Positions 7,858 to 16,763 of a stretch of DNA of 41,487 bases are shown one piece after another; position 1 is the first letter of the stretch; every line of letters begins with the position of its first letter. Location: assembly GCA_018658955.1 (NCBI GenBank), contig JABIPM010000040.1, forward strand, positions 1 to 41,487, given 5' to 3'. The notes under the pieces are model-generated. The model had not been told where the DNA came from. It ran no database searches and worked only from the letters and a program-made list of their open reading frames with translations. The translations under genes and the position numbers were made by a program. The DNA comes from Candidatus Woesearchaeota archaeon (lineage in GTDB: Archaea > Nanobdellota > Nanobdellia > SCGC-AAA011-G17 > UBA489).

Positions 7858-9663
7858 ATGGCAAGAAGAATAGCAATCATAGAACAGGACAAGTGTCACC
7901 CAGATAAATGTGGCAACTTACTTTGTGCCAGACTGTGTCCTGTAAACAGAAAGGGAGAGGATTGTATTTCTAAAAACACACTAACAAAAAAGGCAATGAT
8001 TGATGAAAAACAATGTTCTGGGTGCGGAATTTGTCCAAAAAGATGCCCTTTCGAAGCAATTCATATTATCAATCTGCCAGAAAAATTAGAGGGAGAACCA
8101 ATTCACAGATTTGGAAGAAACTCATTTGAATTATTTAATCTTCCAACAATTAAACCAGGTTCAGTGGTTGGGTTAATCGGTAGAAATGGAATTGGAAAGT
8201 CAACAGCATTTGAAGTTTTAGCAGGAAACATAACACCTAACAATGGAAATTATGACACTGAACTAACAGAAGAAAATATCAAATTACTAAAAGAAAGTAT
8301 TTTACAAAAATATTCAAATTCACAAATTGGAGAATATTTCACCAAAGTTTTTGATAAGAAAATAACAATTTCTTACAAACCACAAAGAATAGAACTACTT
8401 CCAAAATTATTTTCTGGAAAAGTTATCGATCTATTAGAAAAAGTTGATGAAAAAGGAAAAGTAAATGAAATGATGGACCTTTTAGAATTAACGCAAGTAA
8501 AAGATAATAATATCTCTGATCTTTCTGGAGGAGAACTACAAAAAGTAGCAATCATTGCAACAGCATTAAAGAAAGCAGATGTTTATTATTTTGACGAACC
8601 TTCTTCATTCTTAGACATAACATCAAGAGTTAAGATGGCAAAGTTAATTCAGTCATTAAAAGAAGATAATTCAGCAGTTATGGTCATTGAACACGATATT
8701 GCAACTTTAGATTATATTTCGGATGAAATTCAAATAGTCTATGGTGAAAGGGCTTGTTATGGAGTTACATCCATCTCTAAAGGAGTAAGAAAGGGTATTA
8801 ATGACTATTTAGAAGGATATTTGCCTGAAGATAATGTACGTTTTAGGGATTATCAGATTAAATTTTCAAGATCGATTGCAGAACTAAAAGAAGATGCTCA
8901 AACTCTAGTTTCTTACAAAAACCTAAAAAAATCTTTTGAAAATTTCAAAATGAATGCCGAAGGCGGAGAAATAAAACGTGGAGAAGTTTTAGCAATTATG
9001 GGTTCAAACGGATTGGGTAAATCTACATTTGTAAAAATGATCACCAATCAATTAAAAGCAGATGAAGGTGAAATAGAAAGGGAAGCAGAAATGAAAATTT
9101 CTTACAAACCACAATATCCTGAACCAGAAGATATAGTAGTAGAAGATTATCTTAAACATCATGCAGGAAAGGAAATGCAATCTGGATGGTATGAACAAAA
9201 TATCTTAGAAAAATTAAATATCAAATCAATTCTAAAAAGTAATTTAAGAAATCTGTCCGGAGGAGAACTACAAAAAGTATTTGTTGCAGGATGTCTTTCT
9301 GGAGATTCAGATTTAATTGTACTAGATGAACCTTCAGCATTTATTGATATCGAAGATAGAATAAACATTGCAGAAGTAATTAAAGAATTTACAAGAAAAA
9401 AAGAAATTGCCTGCGTAGTAGTGGATCACGATGTTCAATTTATAGAATATCTTGGAGATAAAATGCTAGTCTTCGAAGGAATTCCTGGAAAAGAAGGTTC
9501 AGTTTATGGTCCATGTCCAAAAGAAGAAGGAATGAACCGAGTTCTAAAGATGTTAGAAATAACTTATAGAAAAGATAAGGATACTAACAGAGCAAGAATT
9601 AACAAACCTAATTCTCAATTAGATAAAGAACAAAGATCTACTGGAAATTATTATTACATTTAA
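7858..9663 (+). CDS. abce1: ABCE1 (RNase L inhibitor homolog), ribosome-recycling ATPase
   Basis: 601 aa. The N-terminal RLI/4Fe-4S region reads RIAIIEQDKCHPDKCGNLLCARLCPVNR...CSGCGICPKRCPFEAI. Two ABC cassettes are present, with GRNGIGKST / GSNGLGKST, LSGGELQK twice, and YYFDEPSSFLD / IVLDEPSAFID. Confidence 0.95.
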   Translation: MARRIAIIEQDKCHPDKCGNLLCARLCPVNRKGEDCISKNTLTKKAMIDEKQCSGCGICPKRCPFEAIHIINLPEKLEGEPIHRFGRNSFELFNLPTIKPGSVVGLIGRNGIGKSTAFEVLAGNITPNNGNYDTELTEENIKLLKESILQKYSNSQIGEYFTKVFDKKITISYKPQRIELLPKLFSGKVIDLLEKVDEKGKVNEMMDLLELTQVKDNNISDLSGGELQKVAIIATALKKADVYYFDEPSSFLDITSRVKMAKLIQSLKEDNSAVMVIEHDIATLDYISDEIQIVYGERACYGVTSISKGVRKGINDYLEGYLPEDNVRFRDYQIKFSRSIAELKEDAQTLVSYKNLKKSFENFKMNAEGGEIKRGEVLAIMGSNGLGKSTFVKMITNQLKADEGEIEREAEMKISYKPQYPEPEDIVVEDYLKHHAGKEMQSGWYEQNILEKLNIKSILKSNLRNLSGGELQKVFVAGCLSGDSDLIVLDEPSAFIDIEDRINIAEVIKEFTRKKEIACVVVDHDVQFIEYLGDKMLVFEGIPGKEGSVYGPCPKEEGMNRVLKMLEITYRKDKDTNRARINKPNSQLDKEQRSTGNYYYI

Positions 9664-9701
9664 TCAAATAGTTTAAAACATATATACCAATTCTATCAAA
9701 T

Positions 9702-9712
9702 CTTTATAAATA
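9702..9712 (+). promoter_or_regulatory. TATA-box-like element upstream of nrdR
   Basis: ctttataaata would place a transcription start around 9733-9737, at the edge of the first NrdR-box-like palindrome. Its position resembles the boxes upstream of the tRNA genes in this window. Confidence 0.4.
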
Positions 9713-9736
9713 ATTAAATACTTATTAATTCTCAAC

Positions 9737-9789
9737 ACACAAGATATAGTGGTTCATACAAGAAAAACACACTATCTCTGGTATAGTGT
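9737..9789 (+). promoter_or_regulatory. Two NrdR-box-like palindromes upstream of the nrdR-RNR-dut operon
   Basis: Box 1 (9737-9752) is ACACAAGATATAGTGG, a 14/16 match to the bacterial NrdR-box consensus acaCwAtATaTwGtgt. Box 2 (9769-9789) is ACACTAT-ctctggt-ATAGTGT, with perfect 7-bp inverted arms and a longer spacer. The ACAC half-sites are 32 bp apart, about three helical turns. Confidence 0.55.
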
Positions 9790-9808
9790 TACATAAGAGT
9801 GATTAACC

Positions 9809-10252
9809 ATGTTATGCCCATACTGTCAAAATCAAGATACCAAAGTAATTGATAGTAGAGAAACAGAAAACGAAGAGGCGACAAGAAGACGCAGAGAATG
9901 TCTATTGTGTAAAAAAAGATTCACTACGTATGAAAGAGTTGAAACAGATTTAAGAGTAATAAAAAAAGATGGAACAGTAACTAATTATCAAAGAGAAAAA
10001 TTAAAATCTGGAATATTAAGGGCTTGCGAAAAAAGACCTGTAAAAACAGAAACAATTCACAATACAGTTAATAAAATTGAAGCAGAATTAAGATCAAAAC
10101 AAAAAACAGACATCCCTTCAAAATTAATAGGAGAATTAGCAATGAAGGAATTAAAGAAACTTGACAAAATTGCATACATCAGATTCGCATCAGTCTACAA
10201 AGACTTTGAAGATATCGGTTCATTTGAAGATGAACTAAAAAAACTAAAATAA
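9809..10252 (+). CDS. nrdR: Transcriptional repressor NrdR (zinc ribbon + ATP-cone)
   Basis: 147 aa. MLCPYCQNQDTKVIDSRETENEEATRRRRECLLCKKRFTTYERVE is the canonical NrdR zinc ribbon. A C-terminal ATP-cone follows (..IAYIRFASVYKDFED..). Confidence 0.9.
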   Translation: MLCPYCQNQDTKVIDSRETENEEATRRRRECLLCKKRFTTYERVETDLRVIKKDGTVTNYQREKLKSGILRACEKRPVKTETIHNTVNKIEAELRSKQKTDIPSKLIGELAMKELKKLDKIAYIRFASVYKDFEDIGSFEDELKKLK

Positions 10253-10264
10253 GGAGAAAATAAA

Positions 10265-12370
10265 ATGAGTTTAGAATCAAAAATTAATTACACGAACGGG
10301 GATTTAAAGAATCCAATACAATCAAGAATAGTGGATCGTCTTAATGATGCAAGTTATGTTCCTTTTGAATTGGATCAGGGATTTGTAAATAAATATCAAA
10401 AAGAAAAAGCCCCCTTTGGTTTTAATGGTTTAGGAGAAATTACGTTTTATAGGACTTATTCTAGAATAAAAGAGGATGGCTCAAATGAAAATTGGGCAGA
10501 TACCATAGAGCGTGTGGTCAATGGAACATACAACATGCAAAAAAGATGGATTGAAGAAAGAGGAATTGATTGGAGCGAAGCAAAGGCGCAAGACAGTGCA
10601 CAAGAAATGTATGATAGAATGTTTAACATGAAGTTCCTTCCGCCTGGAAGAGGACTTTGGGGAATGGGAAGTGCAATTACAGAAGAAAGAGGAACTTATG
10701 CAGCATTAAACAACTGTGCATTTGTTTCTACAGAAAATTTACAAGAAGATTATTCAAAACCATTTACTTTCTTAATGGATGCTTCAATGTTAGGTGTGGG
10801 GGTAGGATTTGACACAAAAGGTGCAGGAAAAGTTGTAATCCGAGGTCCAGATCAACATAGGCAAAAAGAAGTTTACGATGTGCCTGACTCAAGAGAGGGA
10901 TGGGTAAAAAGTGTTGGAATTTTATTAGATAGTTATTTTTTAGGAACTCCTGAAGTAGAATTTGGTTATGGCCGAGTAAGAAAAGAAGGAGAATTAATTA
11001 AAGGGTTTGGCGGAAAAGCTTCGGGGCCAGGACCATTAAAAGATCTTCATGAAAGTGTAAGGGATATATTAAACAAAGAAAGAGGAAGGCCCATGTCCAC
11101 AAGAGCAATTGTAGATGTACAAAATTTAATTGGAAAATGTGTAATTGCAGGAAATGTAAGAAGAACTGCAGAAATTTCTTTTGGAGATCCTTTTTCAGAT
11201 GAATATTTAGATTTAAAGAATTATGAAGTTAATCCAGAAAGAGAAGCACATGGATGGGCAAGTAACAATTCTGTTTTTGCAGAATTGGGAATGGATTACT
11301 CAGACATTGCAGAAAGGATTAGAATAAATGGTGAGCCCGGACTTGCTTGGTTAGACAATATGAAAGAGTTTGGTCGTATGAATGGTGAAAAAGACCATAA
11401 GGATCATAGGGCAGGCGGAGGAAATCCTTGTTTAGAACAAACATTGGAAAGTTATGAACTTTGTTGTTTAGTTGAAAACTTTCCAAATAAGCATGAGTCA
11501 AAAGAAGATTTCCTAAGAACATTAAAGTTTTCATATCTATATGCTAAAACTGTGACTCTTGGAGAAACACATTGGCCAGAAACAAACAGAGTACTTCTAA
11601 GGAATAGAAGAATTGGTTGTTCAGTTAGTGGAATTGCCCAATTCATTTCAGACAAAGGGATTGGGGAATTAGAAACTTGGTTGAATGAAGGTTACGATAC
11701 CATCGATAAATATGATGAAGTTTACAGTGATTGGTTATGTATCCCTCGGTCAATTAAAACCACCTCAGTAAAACCTTCTGGGACAGTTAGTCTTTTAGCA
11801 GGTTCAACACCAGGAGTTCATTTTCCTGCATCAGAATACTACATTAGAAGAGTAAGACTTGCAAAGAACAGCGATATTGTTGGTAAGTTGGTCGAAGCAG
11901 GATATCCTGTAGAGCCCGCGGTAGGTTCAGAAAATACAACTTTAGTTACTGAAATTCCTGTTCATGCAGGAACAGGAATCAGGACAGAAGATGATGTTTC
12001 AATGTGGGAACAACTAGGAATTGCTGCATTTATGCAAAAGCATTGGGCAGATAATCAAATCAGTTGCACAGTTAAATTTGATCCTGAAACTGAAGGGAAA
12101 GATATTCAACACGCATTAGATATTTATCAATCTCAACTGAAGGGAATAAGTTTCTTACCTAAATTAGAAGATGGAGCATATCCTCAAATGCCCTACGAAC
12201 CAATAAGCAAAGAAGAGTATGAAGAAAAGCTTACACATATTAAACCTCTAACTCTTGGAAAAATAAAAAATGAAAAAGCCATTCCAGAAAAATTCTGTGA
12301 CGGAGATACATGTGCTTTAGAAATGGCTACCGAAGAAGTCAAAACAACAGAAGAGGTTAAGGTAGAATGA
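10265..12370 (+). CDS. nrdJ: Adenosylcobalamin-dependent ribonucleoside-triphosphate reductase (class II, monomeric RTPR-like)
   Basis: 701 aa, co-linear with remembered L. leichmannii RTPR blocks. These include FYRTYSR, ALNNCAFV, GVGVGFD, DSREGW, GFGGKASGPGPL, AGNVRRTAE, WASNNSV, NGEPG, GGNPCLEQTL..ELCCLVE, NRRIG.S.SG, KPSGTVS.LAG and a C-terminal CDGDTCAL. An SD-like aaggag lies 8 nt upstream. Confidence 0.9.
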   Translation: MSLESKINYTNGDLKNPIQSRIVDRLNDASYVPFELDQGFVNKYQKEKAPFGFNGLGEITFYRTYSRIKEDGSNENWADTIERVVNGTYNMQKRWIEERGIDWSEAKAQDSAQEMYDRMFNMKFLPPGRGLWGMGSAITEERGTYAALNNCAFVSTENLQEDYSKPFTFLMDASMLGVGVGFDTKGAGKVVIRGPDQHRQKEVYDVPDSREGWVKSVGILLDSYFLGTPEVEFGYGRVRKEGELIKGFGGKASGPGPLKDLHESVRDILNKERGRPMSTRAIVDVQNLIGKCVIAGNVRRTAEISFGDPFSDEYLDLKNYEVNPEREAHGWASNNSVFAELGMDYSDIAERIRINGEPGLAWLDNMKEFGRMNGEKDHKDHRAGGGNPCLEQTLESYELCCLVENFPNKHESKEDFLRTLKFSYLYAKTVTLGETHWPETNRVLLRNRRIGCSVSGIAQFISDKGIGELETWLNEGYDTIDKYDEVYSDWLCIPRSIKTTSVKPSGTVSLLAGSTPGVHFPASEYYIRRVRLAKNSDIVGKLVEAGYPVEPAVGSENTTLVTEIPVHAGTGIRTEDDVSMWEQLGIAAFMQKHWADNQISCTVKFDPETEGKDIQHALDIYQSQLKGISFLPKLEDGAYPQMPYEPISKEEYEEKLTHIKPLTLGKIKNEKAIPEKFCDGDTCALEMATEEVKTTEEVKVE

Positions 12371-12798
12371 TTAACATAAAGTTCAAAAGATTACATGAGG
12401 ACGCATTAATTCCTGCTTATGCAAAACATGGAGATGCAGGGATGGATGTTTGTTCAATTGATAATTATGAACTTTCTCCAAACAATTCTATTTTAGTTAA
12501 AACAGGTTTGGCAATGGAACTTCCATTCGGCTATGAGGCGCAAGTTAGACCTCGTTCCGGATTAGCATACAAAAATCAAATAACTGTATTAAATTCTCCG
12601 GGTACAATTGATTCAGGATACAGGAATGAAATTGGAGTAATATTAATTAATCACGGAAAAGAAATTTTCAACATAAAAAAAGGAGAAAGGATTGCACAAT
12701 TAGTTATTGCAAAACACGAAACACCTACAATTGAAGAAGTTATTGAACTTAGTGAATCTGAAAGAGGATTAGGTGGTTTTGGAAGTACTGGAAAATAA
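12367..12798 (+). CDS. dut: dUTP diphosphatase (trimeric Dut type)
   Basis: 143 aa. Motifs are GDAGMDV, RPRSGLA, NSPGTIDSGYRNEIGVILIN and RGLGGFGSTGK. The start overlaps the RNR stop (ATGA at 12367-12370). Confidence 0.9.
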   Translation: MINIKFKRLHEDALIPAYAKHGDAGMDVCSIDNYELSPNNSILVKTGLAMELPFGYEAQVRPRSGLAYKNQITVLNSPGTIDSGYRNEIGVILINHGKEIFNIKKGERIAQLVIAKHETPTIEEVIELSESERGLGGFGSTGK

Positions 12799-13185
12799 TT
12801 ACAAATCAAAACCTACAAGAAGTGTAGCTTCGTTTGGTTTTAAAGATAGATTTAAACTATCTATCAATTCTTTATGCATTTTAAATCCTGGAGATGAAGA
12901 GATTACATTATCTGCATTTATTTCTGGAAAACTAATTCCTGGAAAACTAATTCCTTTATCGTCTGATTTAACAATTTCTTGAGTAGGATCTCTAAAACTA
13001 GAATCATGAGACAATAACAATGTATGTCTTCTCGTTAAAGATTCAAAAACTCCATGATTATTTGCTTCTTCTAGTTTCATGATTCTTTCTTTAAATCCAT
13101 CATCTAAAACTTTCAGCACTTTAAGTCCTTGAATTTTATTCAAATCTTCTCTAATATTTAGTATTTCCATCTTTTCAAAAATCAA
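12799..13185 (-). CDS. Hypothetical 128-aa protein
   Basis: The ORF's stop codon abuts the dut stop with zero spacing (convergent). It contains an in-frame GISFP-GISFP duplication encoded by a perfect 15-bp tandem repeat at 12924-12953. No family was recognised. Confidence 0.45.
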   Translation of the reverse strand: MIFEKMEILNIREDLNKIQGLKVLKVLDDGFKERIMKLEEANNHGVFESLTRRHTLLLSHDSSFRDPTQEIVKSDDKGISFPGISFPEINADNVISSSPGFKMHKELIDSLNLSLKPNEATLLVGFDL

Positions 13186-13202
13186 ACCTTGTTTTTAAAC
13201 CT

Positions 13203-14033
13203 TTACATAGCACTTTTCAAGGCTTTAATTGCTACTTCTAATTGTTTATCTTCTGGTTCGTTAGTAGTTATTCTTTGCAACCATAATCCTGGCGTAACTA
13301 AAATTCCCAAAATTTTACTAGGATTTCTAGCATTTAATCTTAATAGTTCATAACTAATCATAGCTATAACTGGAATTAAAACTAATCGATGTAACAATTT
13401 AATTAGCCAGCTTTCGCTCCAAACTAAAGAAAACATAATAATACTAATAACTAACACAATAAAGATAAATGAAGTTCCACATCTAGGATGTATTGTTGAA
13501 AATTTCTTAGCATTCTTCACAGTTAATGCTTTCCCTGACTCATAGCAACTAACTACTTTATGTTCTGCTCCATGATATTGGAAAATTCTTTTAACATCTT
13601 CAAATCTAGAAATAAACCATAAATAACCCACAAAGAAAATAACTCTCCAAATTCCATCAACTATGTTGAAAATAATTCTGTCTTCAGAAGCAAACTTACT
13701 TAACCATAATGGCAATACAATAAACAATCCAATAGAAATAGAAAAAGAAAACATTAACATAAAGAAAATTCCCCAACTTCCAATTTCCTCTTCCTCTCCT
13801 AAACTTTCATTACTGCTCCAAGTTAATGCTTTTGTTCCAATTATTAACATTTCAAATAATGAAATTATTCCTCTCAAAAATATCATATCTTTAAATTTCT
13901 CAGAAATATTACTTCTTTTTTCAATTTTAGTCTTAATTTTTCCATCTTCCTTACGCACGGCAATGGCTATCTTCTTCCTACTAGCCATCATTACGCCCTC
14001 CATAACGGCTTGTCCGCCAATATATTCCTTCAT
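13203..14033 (-). CDS. DUF1385 family membrane protein
   Basis: 276 aa. IGGQAVMEGVMM, YHGAEHKV and HPRCGTSF motifs, together with several TM helices, are typical of DUF1385. Confidence 0.8.
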   Translation of the reverse strand: MKEYIGGQAVMEGVMMASRKKIAIAVRKEDGKIKTKIEKRSNISEKFKDMIFLRGIISLFEMLIIGTKALTWSSNESLGEEEEIGSWGIFFMLMFSFSISIGLFIVLPLWLSKFASEDRIIFNIVDGIWRVIFFVGYLWFISRFEDVKRIFQYHGAEHKVVSCYESGKALTVKNAKKFSTIHPRCGTSFIFIVLVISIIMFSLVWSESWLIKLLHRLVLIPVIAMISYELLRLNARNPSKILGILVTPGLWLQRITTNEPEDKQLEVAIKALKSAM

Positions 14034-14084
14034 AACCCTTCAATCTAAACAAGATTTAAAAAGCTTTAGAGCCCCTAAAAATCC

Positions 14085-14237
14085 ATGAAATGCGACATTT
14101 GTAAAGAAAAAATACAAGAAAATTTTCTAGAAAAGATTCAAGGAACATATATTGGATCAGGCAAAAGTAAAAAAGCAGTTTGTCAAAATTGTCAAAAAAC
14201 TCATTCTATCGAAGAACTAAAAGAGAAATTGAAATAA
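14085..14237 (+). CDS. Unannotated 50-aa zinc-ribbon-like small protein
   Basis: The ORF falls below the 60-aa track cutoff. It reads MKCDICKEKIQENFLEKIQGTYIGSGKSKKAVCQNCQKTHSIEELKEKLK, with CxxC...CxxC. It fills the gap between DUF1385 and tRNA-Thr and ends 5 nt before the tRNA. Confidence 0.45.
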   Translation: MKCDICKEKIQENFLEKIQGTYIGSGKSKKAVCQNCQKTHSIEELKEKLK

Positions 14238-14242
14238 CTTTC

Positions 14243-14314
14243 GCCACCGTGGCTCAATGGTAGAGCATCGCTCTCGTAAAGCGAAGGTTGAGGGTTCAAG
14301 TCCCTTCGGTGGCT
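14243..14314 (+). tRNA. tRNA-Thr (anticodon CGU)
   Basis: Manual cloverleaf. Acceptor GCCACCG/CGGTGGC, D arm GCTC-AATGGTA-GAGC, anticodon stem TCGCT/AGCGA with loop CTCGTAA, T arm GAGGG-TTCAAGT-CCCTT, discriminator T. No encoded CCA. Confidence 0.9.
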
Positions 14315-14716
14315 TTATTTACCTAATTTTATTTTACCTGGACCAACAGTGTAAAGTGCAAACAATCCGCCAAGAATTGCAATATTTTTTTGCAAACTAA
14401 TTATCTGTGCACCACTAGTAAAATCCAAATGGAATATTAATGTTGCAGGTATCAAAAACATTGCCAACATTAAAGCACCCACTTCAAGTTTGTAACCTGT
14501 TAAAATAAACAATCCCCCTGCCATTAAGAAAATAACTGCCGAGTAATAAAATAATTCAACACCGACCATTCCAGCAGAAGCCATGTAATCTTTAATTAAA
14601 GAGGGATTCATAATTTTATTAATTCCGGCCATTAAAAATATTCCAGAGATAAATATTCTAGAAAGTAAAAGCACATAATCATCATACTTGATTTTTCTTT
14701 TAATCATCTTAGTCAT
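14315..14716 (-). CDS. DoxX family membrane protein
   Basis: 133 aa with four TM helices. The N-terminal LLLSRIFISGIFLMAGINKI resembles the DoxX signature. Confidence 0.65.
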   Translation of the reverse strand: MTKMIKRKIKYDDYVLLLSRIFISGIFLMAGINKIMNPSLIKDYMASAGMVGVELFYYSAVIFLMAGGLFILTGYKLEVGALMLAMFLIPATLIFHLDFTSGAQIISLQKNIAILGGLFALYTVGPGKIKLGK

Positions 14717-14745
14717 TCAATTAACCCGCTTATAATTCTTTCTAA

Positions 14746-15438
14746 TTAAATTAGGCTATAAATGCCCAATAACGCCAATAAAATCAACACAATTCCTACA
14801 ACTCTAAAAATAATTCTAACAACTTTTTCAGTAATCTTTTCTCGATTTGCTTTAACCACAAAAATCATACTCACAGATCCAAAAAAGATTCCCAGTCCTG
14901 CAAAAATAGAGAACAATACAATATTAAAAACACTGCTCAAATTAATGAAATCAAACGAGATAAGCAATGCTGCAATCGCAGACCAACTTAACATAATGCT
15001 GGGATTAAGTGCAATCATCATTATTCCAGTAATGAAAGAACCCTTAACATCTTCATAAGTAGCCTGAACAAAAGTTCTTTTCATTCTAAATGATCTAATT
15101 GATAAAAAATAAGCACCAATAATTAAAAATATCAAAGAACTTAACCCTCTAATCCAAATATTTAATGTACTTCCTCCCTGAACAAGCATCCCAATAACAC
15201 CTATTCCTACCCCACAATAAAGTGCCTCCATTAATGAAGTCCCAATACTCATTGCAACACCCTCAGTATGTTTTCCATTTAATGCCCTATGCAATATTAA
15301 TGAAGAGGCTGGACCCAAAACTGGAATAATTGCTCCAAAAAATCCAACAAAAAAAGAAAGAACTGCAATATTAAGATTGTTTATCATATTTATCCCCTTT
15401 AACACTATTAACAACTTGTTTAACATAGCTAGGAGCAT
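14746..15438 (-). CDS. LysE/RhtB-type amino-acid efflux family membrane protein (likely true start at M18, 15387)
   Basis: Six TM segments. IIPVLGPASSLILHRALNGKHTEGVAMSIGTSLMEALY is the PGP-like N-terminal motif. SFITGIMMIALNPSIMLSW is the NP motif of LysE translocators. Confidence 0.55.
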   Translation of the reverse strand: MLLAMLNKLLIVLKGINMINNLNIAVLSFFVGFFGAIIPVLGPASSLILHRALNGKHTEGVAMSIGTSLMEALYCGVGIGVIGMLVQGGSTLNIWIRGLSSLIFLIIGAYFLSIRSFRMKRTFVQATYEDVKGSFITGIMMIALNPSIMLSWSAIAALLISFDFINLSSVFNIVLFSIFAGLGIFFGSVSMIFVVKANREKITEKVVRIIFRVVGIVLILLALLGIYSLI

Positions 15439-15916
15439 TAATAATTAAACTATCAAAACTAAATCCGGCATAAGATTTTTTATTATTCCATGCTTTAAAG
15501 ATTCTAGTTAAATTTCCACCAATTACTAATCCAGCAAGACCATATCCTGCAAGTTCATTATCCAAACTATTTGCAGCAAAATAATACTGGGGAGATAGTC
15601 CTATATTAATTAAAGAATTTTGAATTGTAAGTTTATATCCTTCTTTTCCAGCAACTTTAGCAAATTCTTCTTGATCTTCCTGAGTCATGGTTCCACCAAC
15701 ATAAGCTTGAAAAGTAGAATCAACAAATCCATGCATATTTTTCTTTTTTTTCAAAAATCTATATGCTTTAATCAACTGTTTATTGATGATTCCAGTATTT
15801 TTTCCATTTTTAAAATAGAGGTCCCATACATCTTCAAATTTCTCCCCTTCTAAATTAAGGTTCTTATTAGCCCCATAGGACTCATTTTCAGTAATCTTTT
15901 CCAAATCTATTCCCAT
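15371..15916 (-). CDS. Hypothetical 181-aa protein
   Basis: Long ORF upstream of and slightly overlapping the LysE-like gene. No family was recognised. Confidence 0.5.
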   Translation of the reverse strand: MGIDLEKITENESYGANKNLNLEGEKFEDVWDLYFKNGKNTGIINKQLIKAYRFLKKKKNMHGFVDSTFQAYVGGTMTQEDQEEFAKVAGKEGYKLTIQNSLINIGLSPQYYFAANSLDNELAGYGLAGLVIGGNLTRIFKAWNNKKSYAGFSFDSLIINAPSYVKQVVNSVKGDKYDKQS

Positions 15917-16005
15917 TTTAGAGAATTTTCAAGGAAATTACAACCTTTAAACTTTCCCCCTTTATAAACAAATAAAATTATAAACTCCAAAACAAAAATA
16001 TAATT

Positions 16006-16194
16006 ATGTCGTCTAACTATTCAACAAAGAAAAAGTCAAACTATTCAGATAGTAGCACTAAACAAAATAATTATTCTATAAATTCTTCAACAAACAAAGT
16101 AACTTTGTATGTTTCTAACAATCAAGTTAAAGAAAAAAAAGGGATTTGTACATGTAAAAAGAAAGGTCCTTGTAGGGGAACTTGCAGATTATAA
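16006..16194 (+). CDS. Possible 62-aa low-complexity peptide (S/N/K-rich, three NYS sequons, C-terminal Cys cluster)
   Basis: MSSNYSTKKKSNYSDSSTKQNNYSINSSTNK...GICTCKKKGPCRGTCRL. A/T-rich TATA-like boxes lie in the divergent gap 15917-16005. The 3' end overlaps the CBS gene stop by 6 nt. Coding status is uncertain. Confidence 0.25.
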   Translation: MSSNYSTKKKSNYSDSSTKQNNYSINSSTNKVTLYVSNNQVKEKKGICTCKKKGPCRGTCRL

Positions 16195-16641
16195 CTTTTT
16201 GAATAATTTTTTAGCTTCTTCTTTATCTAAACTAGATTTAAATGCAAGCATTTCAACCAGATGCGGTTCAATTCTCATAATGTCTTTTCCAGTAATTATT
16301 CCTACCAATTTACCATCATCAATAACTGGCAAATGTTTAATTTCAGAATTTCCCATTAAAATCATTGCATCATAAATGTCTCTTGTACTTTCAATAGAAA
16401 TAAGATTTTCATCTGCAACACCATCAACAATTGTCTCATTAGGATTATTTTTTTCTGCAACAACTTTTCTAACTACATCTTGTTCAGTAATTATTCCAAT
16501 GGGAGAATTCTCTTTTAAAATTATAATGCTTCCAACTTTAGCAGTTTTCATCTGATTAGCAATCTCACAAATGGTGGTTTCACATTCAGCCGTTTGAACA
16601 TCTCTGTTCATAATTTCATAAACTTTGTAACCTGTTTCCAT
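16189..16641 (-). CDS. CBS-domain pair protein
   Basis: 150 aa with two CBS repeats (..VGSIIILKENSPIGIITEQDVVRKV.. and ..IKHLPVIDDGKLVGIITGKDIMR..). Confidence 0.85.
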   Translation of the reverse strand: METGYKVYEIMNRDVQTAECETTICEIANQMKTAKVGSIIILKENSPIGIITEQDVVRKVVAEKNNPNETIVDGVADENLISIESTRDIYDAMILMGNSEIKHLPVIDDGKLVGIITGKDIMRIEPHLVEMLAFKSSLDKEEAKKLFKKL

Positions 16642-16763
16642 ATTATTACCTAATAATCTTAACTATATATTCTTTGCGGCTTTTTAAATATCGACATTGT
16701 AACCCTCAAAAAGTAGTTTCAAAAGAAAGCTTTTTAAAATGAATTTTAGAGAATATATCTGAA

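Noticed and set aside
8373-9368. Antisense ORFs inside ABCE1 (8373..8555 and 9159..9368). Similar cases are 11319..11655 inside the RNR gene, 13663..14088 opposite DUF1385, 14762..15058, 15620..15853, 16109..16375, 18599..18970, 19830..20021, 20614..20892, 21574..21861, 23013..23207, 23295..23507, 23932..24156, 24589..24789, 24958..25149, 25904..26107, 26909..27754, 29145..29393, 31048..31643, 31953..32234, 34447..34728, 34944..35171, 35228..35443, 35897..36088, 36765..36968, 38502..38720, 38810..38992, 39265..39450 and 40209..40409.
   Set aside because: Each overlaps a longer ORF with clear family motifs or better context. 18599..18970 and 31953..32234 also run through tRNA genes. They are treated as non-coding shadow frames.
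12773-12982. Plus-strand ORF overlapping the dut 3' end, and the perfect 15-bp tandem duplication at 12924-12953.
   Set aside because: The + ORF is a shadow of 12799..13185. The duplication is a simple in-frame slippage event (GISFP x2) in a hypothetical gene, with no sign of wider repeat structure.
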